The notes below the pieces were generated by a model that made no database searches, had not been told where the DNA came from, and worked only from the letters and a program-made list of their open reading frames with translations. Below are positions 56,427 to 64,000 of a stretch of 64,000 bases of DNA, one piece after another. The DNA comes from an uncultured Acidobacteriota bacterium (GTDB lineage Bacteria; Acidobacteriota; Terriglobia; Acidiferrales; UBA7541), in contig CAVRDM010000016.1 of NCBI GenBank assembly GCA_963719845.1, positions 14,654-78,653 on the forward strand, written 5' to 3'. Numbering within the stretch: the stretch's first letter is position 1; each line of letters starts with the position of its first letter. The position numbers and the translations under genes are program-made.

Positions 56427-57887
56427 TCAATCACCGGCCTCGGTTTCCATCTTGCTCAGAACGTCGATCGCCGGCACCAGGGCCAGAACCGGCAGTTCTA
56501 GAGCCCTTTCTACGTCGATCTCCGTTCGCAGCGTTGTATCCCGTAGCTCCAACAGGAAGACAATGCCCATCCCCAAACACAATCCCCCGGCCAGACCGCC
56601 CAGCCCGAACAATGGACGGTTTGGAAAGGATGGCGCCCCAGGCAAACTGGCCGCATCCATAATCCGGAATTGCTCCGCTTCTTGATCGCGTTCCAGGTCG
56701 GTCGCCATCGTTGACTGCGTGCGCTTCCTCGAAAGGTCATTGTAGTTATCAAGCGCCGTCTGGTAATCGCGAGTCAGCGCCTTGTATTGCTGCTCGATGG
56801 ACGGGCTCAATTGCACGCGCTCCTGGTATTTCTTGATCTCTTCTTGGATCCGCCCTTGCTGCGCCGTCTTCGCCGCAATCGTCTGGTCGAACGCCACGAT
56901 CTGCTGCCGCAATGGCCTGAACTGGGCCGGTTCGGAACCCGGTTGATCCGGCAGTGCTTTGTCGGCGTCGGACTCCACAATCTTCTTTTTTACGGCTTCA
57001 ATTTCAGTTTTCATCTTGATGACGTCCGGATGGTCATCTGTGTACTTGGTCTGCAACGTGGCCAGTTCGACTTGCAGCGCCGCCAGTTGTTCCTGGTAGG
57101 TGTCCGGGTTGCGGCCTGACTGGGAAGCTCGCCATGTCGCGATTTGCTGCGTCAGCATCGATTCGGTCATGCTCTTATCCTGCTGGGCGCGGGAGAGAGC
57201 CTGCGTCGCCGCATCGAATTCCGAATTTAAACCTGCTAACAGGTTCAGATTCGTCTGCACCTCCTCGGGCAGGTATCCCAGATAGCGGCTCTTGAACGCC
57301 GCCAGCTTGGCGTCTTGTTCGTCGAGCTTCGCCTTGGCGTCCACCATTTGCTCGGACAAAAATTGCGTTGTATCTTCGGAGTGCTGTTCCCGCGTTTTGA
57401 GATTCTCTTCGATAAACATCGAAGTGATCGTGGAACAAACCAATTGGGCGGCTTGCGGTGTGTCCAGGCTCACGCTCACGGAAAATCCGGTGAGTCTTCC
57501 GCTATCATCACCAGCGGCCCACATCGGCGTCATCGTAATCGCATTTTGCAGCCTGCCTACCAACGCGGCTGTCGATACTCGGCCGGCATCCGCCGGAAAC
57601 AACCCCAGCTGTTTGATGACTGGCTCCAGTCGCGTCCGGCTAAGGATTTGTTGTTTCATCGTCGTAAGCCGCTCGCCGACCCCGGAGGTAACTACCGATC
57701 TTACGAAGTCGGTCGGTACTGTAGGCTGCTGAACGACAACGACCGCCTGAGACGTGTAACGATTCGGCAGCAATCGCGACAGCCCGTACGCCGTCAGGCC
57801 GCCGACCACGGCTAGGCTAAAGATTATTAGCCAGTGCCTGCGAACCATCATGATGTAGTCTTCTGGAGTCCATTCACGTTGAATCAT
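56427..57887 (-). CDS. Polysaccharide chain length determinant (Wzz/GumC-like, PEP-CTERM locus subfamily)
   Basis: 486 aa. N-terminal TM helix (WLIIFSLAVVGGLTAYGL), a long coiled-coil periplasmic region, and a C-terminal TM helix (LFGLGGLAGGLCLGMGIVFLLE). Confidence 0.85.
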   Translation of the reverse strand: MIQREWTPEDYIMMVRRHWLIIFSLAVVGGLTAYGLSRLLPNRYTSQAVVVVQQPTVPTDFVRSVVTSGVGERLTTMKQQILSRTRLEPVIKQLGLFPADAGRVSTAALVGRLQNAITMTPMWAAGDDSGRLTGFSVSVSLDTPQAAQLVCSTITSMFIEENLKTREQHSEDTTQFLSEQMVDAKAKLDEQDAKLAAFKSRYLGYLPEEVQTNLNLLAGLNSEFDAATQALSRAQQDKSMTESMLTQQIATWRASQSGRNPDTYQEQLAALQVELATLQTKYTDDHPDVIKMKTEIEAVKKKIVESDADKALPDQPGSEPAQFRPLRQQIVAFDQTIAAKTAQQGRIQEEIKKYQERVQLSPSIEQQYKALTRDYQTALDNYNDLSRKRTQSTMATDLERDQEAEQFRIMDAASLPGAPSFPNRPLFGLGGLAGGLCLGMGIVFLLELRDTTLRTEIDVERALELPVLALVPAIDVLSKMETEAGD

Positions 57888-57932
57888 GCCAACCTCTTTC
57901 CCCGCAAGTCGAACTGAGTCAAGCTTTTCGAA

Positions 57933-59486
57933 TTAAAAGGTAAATGGCCGCGGCCGCCAGCCCAGTGACAGGTAAATCAAGTTTTCTGTTATGTTGGCTG
58001 GGCACGTCCCCGTGCCACAAGACACCGCGCCGGAAGATTGCGATTGCACGTGATACCCGACAGACGCGTTTATCGCTCGCCCAAAGGTACGGTTCAGACC
58101 CACGTCCGCAAACCAATAGTCGTAGGTCTGATTCCCACCTGTAACGCCGGATGTCGTGCTCGCCGCCAATCCTGAATTCCTCGAATAGCCGAAGGTCAAC
58201 GTTCCATTCAGATTACGCCGGATTTGGTGCGATGCGTTGCCTGTCAAATCATCGGTTAGCGCACCTCCCAGCAACCCCGACCCGCCGGTAACGCTGTGGG
58301 TGTACCCCAGTGTCAGTTGAGTTTTCCGCCACCCGTAAGTTAGATTTGCACCTAGATCCCAAAATAGGGTACGGGTCGTTCCCGTAGTAGTAGTGGTGGT
58401 GGTGACGATTCCGGTAGAATTTGCGGTAATCGGCGCCTTCGAAAACGCCACTGCCGGGCCTCCGGAGAGTTGAAAAGCCATCCTCCCCGTCACCCGCCTG
58501 CCGTAGGAAAGCTGCAAAGAATGGCTGTCGATCGATTGCGCTATATGGCTGTAACGAAACCCGTCGAATCGATAAAACACCGCAATGCTGTCTTTTCGAG
58601 TCAGTACGTGGTTGTATCCCGCCTGGAAACTCTCTTGGTCGCTATTCAGCAGGCTATTGTTGATGTAGTCCAGCAGGCCATAGGAACCCACAAAGGTGAC
58701 CTGCGATCGCGGCGTCAGATATGTGTCCAGCTCGAGCACGGCTGCGTTGCTGATCCGCTCACCCGACCCCGTCAAAATCGACTGGCTATTTACAAATCCC
58801 GTTTGCAGTCCCGTCGTGGCGGTTCCTAGATTTGTTTCGAGCCCGCCAAATCCTCCGTAGCCGAAAGCTGAACCGGGCAACTCCACTAGTTGATCGATGG
58901 CTGTAATCACCGACCTGTGCAAGGTAAATCTTTCGGACACTCCCAATTGTTGCGAGGTCGTATTGCCGCCGCCGTTGTTCGCGAGGGATTCAATGAGCAA
59001 ATAGTCCAGCGCCAGATTGGTGTTCCCGGAAATACGCTGCAGGTCAAGACTTAGCGATGGCGAGGTCCAAACGGTCCAGCCCTGGCCGGTGCCGGTCGTG
59101 GTGGTGACCGGGTTGGAATCAAATGTGGACGTCAAACTGACAGAAGGCACCCAATAACTATGGCTTAGTTTCGGTGCGCCCAGCGAAAGGACCTGGGCCC
59201 CCGCCAGAGACCGGTTATCGGGCACCATCTCCTGAGCAGTGATGTCGGTCTCATCATTGGCAGCGCCGGCCACATCGCCCACCGCCCTGCGTAATAGCGG
59301 ATCGCGCGAAGCCGGAATCGGCTGTATAGGCTGGTTCTGCGGGCCCTGGGGTGACGGTGTTTGTGACGGGGTTTGTTGATCTTGGGGGCCGGCTTGTGAC
59401 GCAGGCTGCTGCTGGTTCTGAGCCCTGGCCACACCCGTTCCCAGCATCAGCGCGGCTGCCAAAAAAGCGTAACTTGATTTGCGCAT
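57933..59486 (-). CDS. Outer-membrane beta-barrel protein, PEP-CTERM-system-associated type (TIGR03016-like)
   Basis: The ATG at complement(59484..59486) gives a signal peptide MRKSSYAFLAAALMLGTGVARAQ. There follows a Gln/Pro-rich linker, then alternating beta-strand-like sequence ending in the terminal ...LSLGWRPRPFTF (C-terminal Phe). The ORF track extends to 59600. Confidence 0.7.
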   Translation of the reverse strand: MRKSSYAFLAAALMLGTGVARAQNQQQPASQAGPQDQQTPSQTPSPQGPQNQPIQPIPASRDPLLRRAVGDVAGAANDETDITAQEMVPDNRSLAGAQVLSLGAPKLSHSYWVPSVSLTSTFDSNPVTTTTGTGQGWTVWTSPSLSLDLQRISGNTNLALDYLLIESLANNGGGNTTSQQLGVSERFTLHRSVITAIDQLVELPGSAFGYGGFGGLETNLGTATTGLQTGFVNSQSILTGSGERISNAAVLELDTYLTPRSQVTFVGSYGLLDYINNSLLNSDQESFQAGYNHVLTRKDSIAVFYRFDGFRYSHIAQSIDSHSLQLSYGRRVTGRMAFQLSGGPAVAFSKAPITANSTGIVTTTTTTTGTTRTLFWDLGANLTYGWRKTQLTLGYTHSVTGGSGLLGGALTDDLTGNASHQIRRNLNGTLTFGYSRNSGLAASTTSGVTGGNQTYDYWFADVGLNRTFGRAINASVGYHVQSQSSGAVSCGTGTCPANITENLIYLSLGWRPRPFTF

Positions 59487-59493
59487 GGTCACG

Positions 59494-60132
59494 TTATGGT
59501 ACGACGATGGTGTCCCCGGCCTGCAGAACAATGTTGGCTTCGGGACTCTTGCCGTGCACAACGTCCTTGTAATTAAACGGATACTTTTGCTGTTCGCCAT
59601 TTACCTTACGCATTACGTAAATTTTCTTCGTATTGGCGAACATCGTAAAACCGCCCCCGCTGGAGAGCGCCTCCAGTACGGTCATCCCCGGCAGCAACGG
59701 GAATGCACCGGGGCGGTTGGTTTCGCCGAGAATATAAATCCTCTGGCTGTTGATCTGCGTGACCATCACGGTTACTTGCGGGTCGGCGATATATTTCTTT
59801 AGCCCCGTCGTAATCTGAGTCGTAAGCTGCATGGGCGTCAGCCCCGCAGCCTGCACGTCGTTAAGCAGCGGCAGGGAAATCTTTCCGTCCGGCCGCACGG
59901 GTACCGACCGGCTGAGCTCGACCTCTTTCCACACACTGATGTCTAGCACATCCTGAGGACCGATCATGTAATTGGGATCGGCGGTGGCGGGTCTAGCCGC
60001 CACACCTCCCGCATTACTCTGGGCCGCGGTCTTCCCGGACCCGGAATTTGCAGGCGCATTCTGCTGCGCTTGCGCCGCACTCACCGCCACGACGATTAGA
60101 ATCCCTGCCAGCACTTGCCATTGTTTATACAT
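59494..60132 (-). CDS. Polysaccharide export protein (Wza/EpsE-like: Poly_export plus SLBB domain)
   Basis: 212 aa with signal peptide MYKQWQVLAGILIVVAVSAAQA. Contains YMIGPQDVLDISVWKEVELSRSVPVRPDGKISLPLLNDVQAAGLTPMQL. Confidence 0.85.
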   Translation of the reverse strand: MYKQWQVLAGILIVVAVSAAQAQQNAPANSGSGKTAAQSNAGGVAARPATADPNYMIGPQDVLDISVWKEVELSRSVPVRPDGKISLPLLNDVQAAGLTPMQLTTQITTGLKKYIADPQVTVMVTQINSQRIYILGETNRPGAFPLLPGMTVLEALSSGGGFTMFANTKKIYVMRKVNGEQQKYPFNYKDVVHGKSPEANIVLQAGDTIVVP

Positions 60133-60196
60133 TTCACGCCCTATCCTTCGCCTATCGCGGCCTTGCCTATCCTTACCTTGGCTAACCCTGGCCCCC

Positions 60197-61420
60197 TTAC
60201 GTATCCAGGTCCATCTGCTTTAACTTGCAAAGCAGGGACTTGTAGCTAATTTGCAATTCTTGCGCGGCCCGCTTGCGATTCCACCGGTTCTTCGTGAGCG
60301 CGCGCTCGAGCAACTCCCGTTCTACACGGCGGCTCGCTTCGCGTGCGGCGGCCTTAAAGGAGAGGCCTGCACCGCCGTTCCCCTCTTTTGGCTCTACTGT
60401 TTCCGCCAGAAGATTCAGCGCCCCTTGCGCATCGCCGGAAGTTACGATTTCCTTCACGGTATTCTCGAGCTGCCGGATATTTCCCGGCCAGGAATACGCA
60501 GTCATTCGTGACAGCGCTTCATTGCTGAGCTCTAGAGCCGGCCTTTTGAAAAGCTCGCCGTATTTGCTGAGGAAGAAATCAGCCAGCTCCGCAATGTCTT
60601 CCCTCCGCTCCCTTAAAGGTGGCACGCGCAGACACACGTCATTCAGCCGAAAATATAACTTTTCTATGAATTTACCTTCCCGCAGATCGTCATCCAGCCG
60701 CCGGCGCGAAATCGAAATTAATCGCGCCTGCAGCCGGTTCTCTTCCGCCGGCCGGCTTTCGTCCGGTAACAGGTCCAGTAGGCGTTTCTGGCCCGCCAGA
60801 TCGAGCTCGCTGATATTTTCCAACAACACTGTTCCTCGAGCTGGACCATCCGCGACGTTCCCATTCAGCGCGCGCACCAGGTGATTCATATTTCCTTGCG
60901 CCGCCCTATGGCAATCCACCGTTATGAGCGGCTCATCTCGATAATCCGACAAATGGTGGATATATAGGGCCAAAATGTGTTTCCCCGTGCCCGCCTCGCC
61001 ATGTATCAACACCGGCATATCTGTGCCAGCGATGGACCGGGTAAGGCGGCGCAGTGACTGCATCGCCGGACCGCGACCCCACAACGTCCTGCAAAAGAAT
61101 GCCGGGGCGTCCGCTTTTACATCGCATTGCAAAGAACCAGGCAAGTCCACGACTACCTTCCTTCGCGCTACGGATTTGGGGGAATATGGTGCACGGCGAA
61201 TACCATGAGGACCGAACAGGTGAGAAATAACGTATCTAGTTGACATGCAACCAAATAACCTGAAGCCGGGTGCGTTTGACATACGGCCGTTCGTGGCGGG
61301 TGTTCCCATCTGTTCCACTTGATGGCAGAAGTTTACTACTAGCTGCGCGCACCCGACGGTGTTTCGTAAGATAAATTGAGCGGCACCGTCCTCGCGCCCC
61401 TGGTACGATTGGCAAGTCAC
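60197..61420 (-). CDS. bEBP-like (sigma-54-activator-type AAA+ plus Fis HTH) transcriptional regulator lacking a receiver/sensor domain and lacking the GAFTGA loop
   Basis: Walker A GEAGTGKH, then PPLRERREDI and YSWPGNIRQLEN. C-terminal HTH NRKRAAQELQISYKSLLCKLKQ. The start is uncertain (Met at 61420, or MSTRYV ~58 codons downstream). Degenerate motifs are described in the findings. Confidence 0.7.
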   Translation of the reverse strand: MTCQSYQGREDGAAQFILRNTVGCAQLVVNFCHQVEQMGTPATNGRMSNAPGFRLFGCMSTRYVISHLFGPHGIRRAPYSPKSVARRKVVVDLPGSLQCDVKADAPAFFCRTLWGRGPAMQSLRRLTRSIAGTDMPVLIHGEAGTGKHILALYIHHLSDYRDEPLITVDCHRAAQGNMNHLVRALNGNVADGPARGTVLLENISELDLAGQKRLLDLLPDESRPAEENRLQARLISISRRRLDDDLREGKFIEKLYFRLNDVCLRVPPLRERREDIAELADFFLSKYGELFKRPALELSNEALSRMTAYSWPGNIRQLENTVKEIVTSGDAQGALNLLAETVEPKEGNGGAGLSFKAAAREASRRVERELLERALTKNRWNRKRAAQELQISYKSLLCKLKQMDLDT

Positions 61421-61495
61421 TGATTAGCAAGTACATATTTCCAATCACAGGCTGCCAGGACCCGGGAACGCCGGAGGGCTTGCTGCTGAAGTTAA

Positions 61496-62428
61496 ATGGA
61501 TTTGTGGCCCCAGGCTTGCATCCTTCGGCTTCGAGGAAATTTGGCATTGGTGGACACCGAAACCGCATGGCCGCCGGAATTATCTGCAGCAACGACGGCG
61601 CCGTGGCTGCAACTTGGAATTGTCGCGCTTCTAATCGCCGGCCTTTACCATACTATTTTGGTCGCCTTGGTCCGGCAATGGGCCACTGATCCCGATTTCT
61701 CTCATGGCTTCTTTGTCCCTCTTTTTGCAGCTTTTGTTGTCTGGCGAAAGCGCGACCAATTGGCCCGCCGCCGCCTCCAACCTTCCTGGTTCGGGCTCCC
61801 AATTATTGCCGGTGCTTTATTTACTCTGATCGTAGGAGTGCTCGGCGCGGAATTGTTCCTGTCACGGTCGTCGCTTATTCTGGTGGTCGCGGGACTCATC
61901 ATATTTTTCGCGGGGTGGCGCTTCTTTGGGGCCGTCTTTTTTCCCTGGGCCGTTCTCTTCCTGATGATTCCCATTCCCGCCGTGCTCTATAACCAGATCA
62001 CTCTGCCACTCCAGTTTTTGGCCTCAAAATTTGCGACCTTGCTTTTGGTATTTGCGGGTGTGCCGGTACTGCGGGAAGGCAACGTGATCCATTTGCCGGC
62101 CCTCAGTTTGGAGGTCGTGCAAGCCTGCAGCGGTATTCGCTCGCTAATCTCGCTGGTAGCGTTGGCAATTTTTGTCGGCTATTTTTGGAAAGCTCCGGTT
62201 TGGGAACGCCTGGCTCTGGCCTTTTCCGCCGTGCCTATTGCGGTGGTCGCGAACGCCCTGCGCATCATGGTGACCGGCCTGCTGGTCCAATATTGGAATC
62301 CGGAAAAGGCCGAAGGATTCTTTCACGAGTTTTCGGGAATGGTGATCTTTCTGCTTTCGGTCGCCATGCTCGTCTCTCTGCATCAGTTGACGGGTCTGAT
62401 TATTCGGTGGCGCGGGGTGGCGGCATGA
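61496..62428 (+). CDS. xrtA: Exosortase A
   Basis: 310 aa, polytopic. Contains DPDFSHGFFVPLFAAFVVW, the catalytic-Cys motif LEVVQACSGIRSLISL, the Arg motif VANALRI and the His region FFHEFSGM. It is followed by epsI with an ATGA overlap. Confidence 0.85.
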   Translation: MDLWPQACILRLRGNLALVDTETAWPPELSAATTAPWLQLGIVALLIAGLYHTILVALVRQWATDPDFSHGFFVPLFAAFVVWRKRDQLARRRLQPSWFGLPIIAGALFTLIVGVLGAELFLSRSSLILVVAGLIIFFAGWRFFGAVFFPWAVLFLMIPIPAVLYNQITLPLQFLASKFATLLLVFAGVPVLREGNVIHLPALSLEVVQACSGIRSLISLVALAIFVGYFWKAPVWERLALAFSAVPIAVVANALRIMVTGLLVQYWNPEKAEGFFHEFSGMVIFLLSVAMLVSLHQLTGLIIRWRGVAA

Positions 62429-63078
62429 ATTCCGTGCGCGGATCCTGGGCTCGCGTTCTCTGCGTGGCGGCCTTGATCATCGCCACGTCGGTTTTTTTGA
62501 ATCTCCGTAGTCGCGCAGAAACCCTGCCGGTTGCGACCCCCCTGGCTTCATTTCCTTTACGAATCGCCGGGTGGGCCGGCCAGGACGTTCCGCTTACTTC
62601 TGATGTTCTGGAAGTTTTGGGAAAGGGAGACTTCCTGACGCGCACGTATCGCTCGCCTGCGGAGCCTCCCATGGACCTTTATATTGCCTATTTTGCCAGC
62701 CAGCGGACGGGCAGCACCATCCATTCACCACAGAATTGCCTGCCCGGCGCTGGTTGGGCTCCCCTGGCGTCCAGCACCATGTACCTGCCGCGCGCCGATG
62801 GCACCTCTATGCCGGTCAATCGTTACATCGTCGCGAAAGGCGCTGATCGGTTGGTGGTATTTTACTGGTATCAGGCCCACGGCCGCGTGGTGGCCGGAGA
62901 ATATTCCGCCAAGTTTTATCTGGTCGCCGATGCCATTCGCATGAATCGCTCCGACGGAGCTTTGGTGCGGGTGATAACCCCTATCGCTAACGGCGAAAGT
63001 CAAGAAAACGCCCAACGCCGGGCAGTGACCTTCACGCAGCATCTTGTGCCGTTACTCGATGCCTATATACCTCGGTGA
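62425..63078 (+). CDS. epsI: EpsI family exosortase-associated protein
   Basis: The ORF track starts at 62185, inside xrtA. The ATG at 62425 (MNSVRGSWARVLCVAALIIATSVF) overlaps the xrtA stop. Contains HSPQNCLPGAGW and the YWYQAHGRVV region, typical of EpsI/TIGR02914. Confidence 0.8.
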   Translation: MNSVRGSWARVLCVAALIIATSVFLNLRSRAETLPVATPLASFPLRIAGWAGQDVPLTSDVLEVLGKGDFLTRTYRSPAEPPMDLYIAYFASQRTGSTIHSPQNCLPGAGWAPLASSTMYLPRADGTSMPVNRYIVAKGADRLVVFYWYQAHGRVVAGEYSAKFYLVADAIRMNRSDGALVRVITPIANGESQENAQRRAVTFTQHLVPLLDAYIPR

Positions 63079-63291
63079 GATCTCCCGTGGCATTTAACAA
63101 ATGGGGTTATGATTAAGCTTTGCGTGGCCACGATGGCCGCCGGGCAATCTCGGCGGGCGTGTAAAATGGCCCTGCTGCCTGGGAGGGACGGCGATTCAAG
63201 TTTTGAGATAAAGTTTTGAGCGCAACTGTTTTGCTCACTACGGGTGCGGGCCCTACTTGGAGCCCGCGCATTTACATTAAAGGACTCGAGA

Positions 63292-64000
63292 ATGTACAAG
63301 AAGTTTTTTAATCTCAAGGAGAATCCGTTCAACGTCAACCCGGATCCGCGCTACCTGTTTCTGACGCGGAGCACCCAGGAAGCCCTTGCCTGCCTGACCT
63401 ACGGAATCGAAACGCGCAAGGGATTCATCTTGCTGACCGGGGAAGTCGGTACCGGGAAAACGACGCTGTTGAACAAACTGTTGGGCTGGTTGCACCAGGA
63501 AAATGTCGCCACCGCATTCGTGTTCAATCCGCGGCTCAGCGTTTCCCAATTCTTCGACTTCATGATGGCGGACTTCGGCATTCCCTGCGAGTCGCGCATG
63601 AAAAGCCAGGTGCTCATCAAGCTGAACCAGTGGCTGCTCGACCGTTACCAGGCCGGCGAGCGCGCCGTGCTGATCGTGGACGAGGCCCAAAACCTTTCGC
63701 CGCAAATGCTCGAAGAGATTCGCTTGCTCACCAACCTGGAAACCTCCACCGAAAAGCTGCTGCAAATCGTGTTGGCCGGCCAGCCCGAGCTCGAAGGCAA
63801 GCTCAGCCAGCCGCAGATGCGCCAGCTTCGGCAGCGCATTACGCTTCGCGCGAAAACCCTTCCGCTGACGCTCGAGGAAACCCGCGGCTACATCAACGAG
63901 CGGCTGCGCATCGCCGGCAGCGACGGAAGCGAAGTCTTCAGCGCCGGCGCTATCGAAGCGATTCACCAATACGCGCGCGGAATTCCCCGCGTCACCAACG
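63292..64000 (+). CDS. XrtA/PEP-CTERM system-associated AAA ATPase (ExeA/GspA-like, TIGR03015-like), 3' end beyond the window
   Basis: Not in the ORF track because it has no stop in the window. Hand translation from the ATG at 63292 (AAAGGA upstream) gives MYKKFFNLKENPFNVNPDPRYLFLTRSTQEALACLTYGIETRKGFILLTGEVGTGKTTLLNKL...VLIVDEAQNLSPQMLEEIRLLTNLET...LQIVLAGQPEL... It is open to base 64000. The listed 63277..63969(-) ORF is its antisense shadow. Confidence 0.8.
   Translation, partial: MYKKFFNLKENPFNVNPDPRYLFLTRSTQEALACLTYGIETRKGFILLTGEVGTGKTTLLNKLLGWLHQENVATAFVFNPRLSVSQFFDFMMADFGIPCESRMKSQVLIKLNQWLLDRYQAGERAVLIVDEAQNLSPQMLEEIRLLTNLETSTEKLLQIVLAGQPELEGKLSQPQMRQLRQRITLRAKTLPLTLEETRGYINERLRIAGSDGSEVFSAGAIEAIHQYARGIPRVTN

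Noticed and set aside
63277-63969. 230-aa minus-strand ORF at the right edge.
   Set aside because: It is antisense to a much better plus-strand reading (63292 onward) with Walker A/B motifs and clear ExeA-like similarity. It is a typical GC-rich shadow ORF.
1-64000. Looked for rRNA or tRNA genes, CRISPR repeat arrays, IS elements with terminal inverted repeats, integrases, and programmed-frameshift signals at the broken genes.
   Set aside because: I recognised none by eye. The frame breaks lack slippery heptamer-plus-structure contexts and occur at up to four sites per gene. That fits decay or sequencing error rather than recoding.

Overview
About 55-58% G+C bacterial chromosome segment. The gene content looks Acidobacteriota-like (CarboxypepD_reg/TonB receptor, many GT-C type membrane proteins, XrtA/PEP-CTERM marker genes), but this is inference only. 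Almost the whole window is one very large envelope-polysaccharide region. (i) 1-20.5 kb: GT-C glycosyltransferases, acyltransferase_3, ugd, a FemAB-type PEP-CTERM-associated gene, an HTTM-DCC fusion, a GH26 hydrolase, and a GT2 / oxidoreductase-epimerase fusion / GT2 cassette. (ii) 20.7-22.9 kb: a Wzm/Wzt ABC exporter. (iii) 29.2-34.0 kb: a cluster of secreted Ig-like/Big_2 proteins plus one clear PEP-CTERM substrate. (iv) 37.5-50.2 kb: a tightly coupled 12-gene minus-strand operon (GT4/GT2 enzymes, PHP, ATP-grasp, deacetylase, DegT aminotransferase, Wzy/O-antigen-ligase-like protein). (v) 50.9-64 kb: the canonical XrtA core (DUF3473-type deacetylase, EpsB-type priming transferase, tyrosine kinase, chain-length determinant, beta-barrel OMP, Wza-like exporter, exosortase XrtA, EpsI, ExeA-like ATPase). 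The most anomalous signal is a ~2.1-kb insertion splitting that core. It consists of a ~0.8-kb ultra-GC block with no stop codon in any frame (T-tracts, a 237-nt A-free stretch, a 259-nt T-free stretch, flanking direct repeats), followed by a low-GC islet carrying a multiply frameshifted 2-TM (SLATT/DUF4231-like) gene remnant. Assembly chimerism must be excluded before it is interpreted biologically. Several genes are interrupted by frameshifts: the TonB receptor (x4), femAB-like, ATP-grasp, the Ig-like protein and the 2-TM remnant. Some indels sit in short homopolymers, so real decay and sequencing error cannot be separated from sequence alone. I saw no rRNA, tRNA, CRISPR array or recognisable transposase. 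Two edge genes missing from the ORF track were recovered by hand translation (1..978 minus strand; 63292..64000 plus strand).
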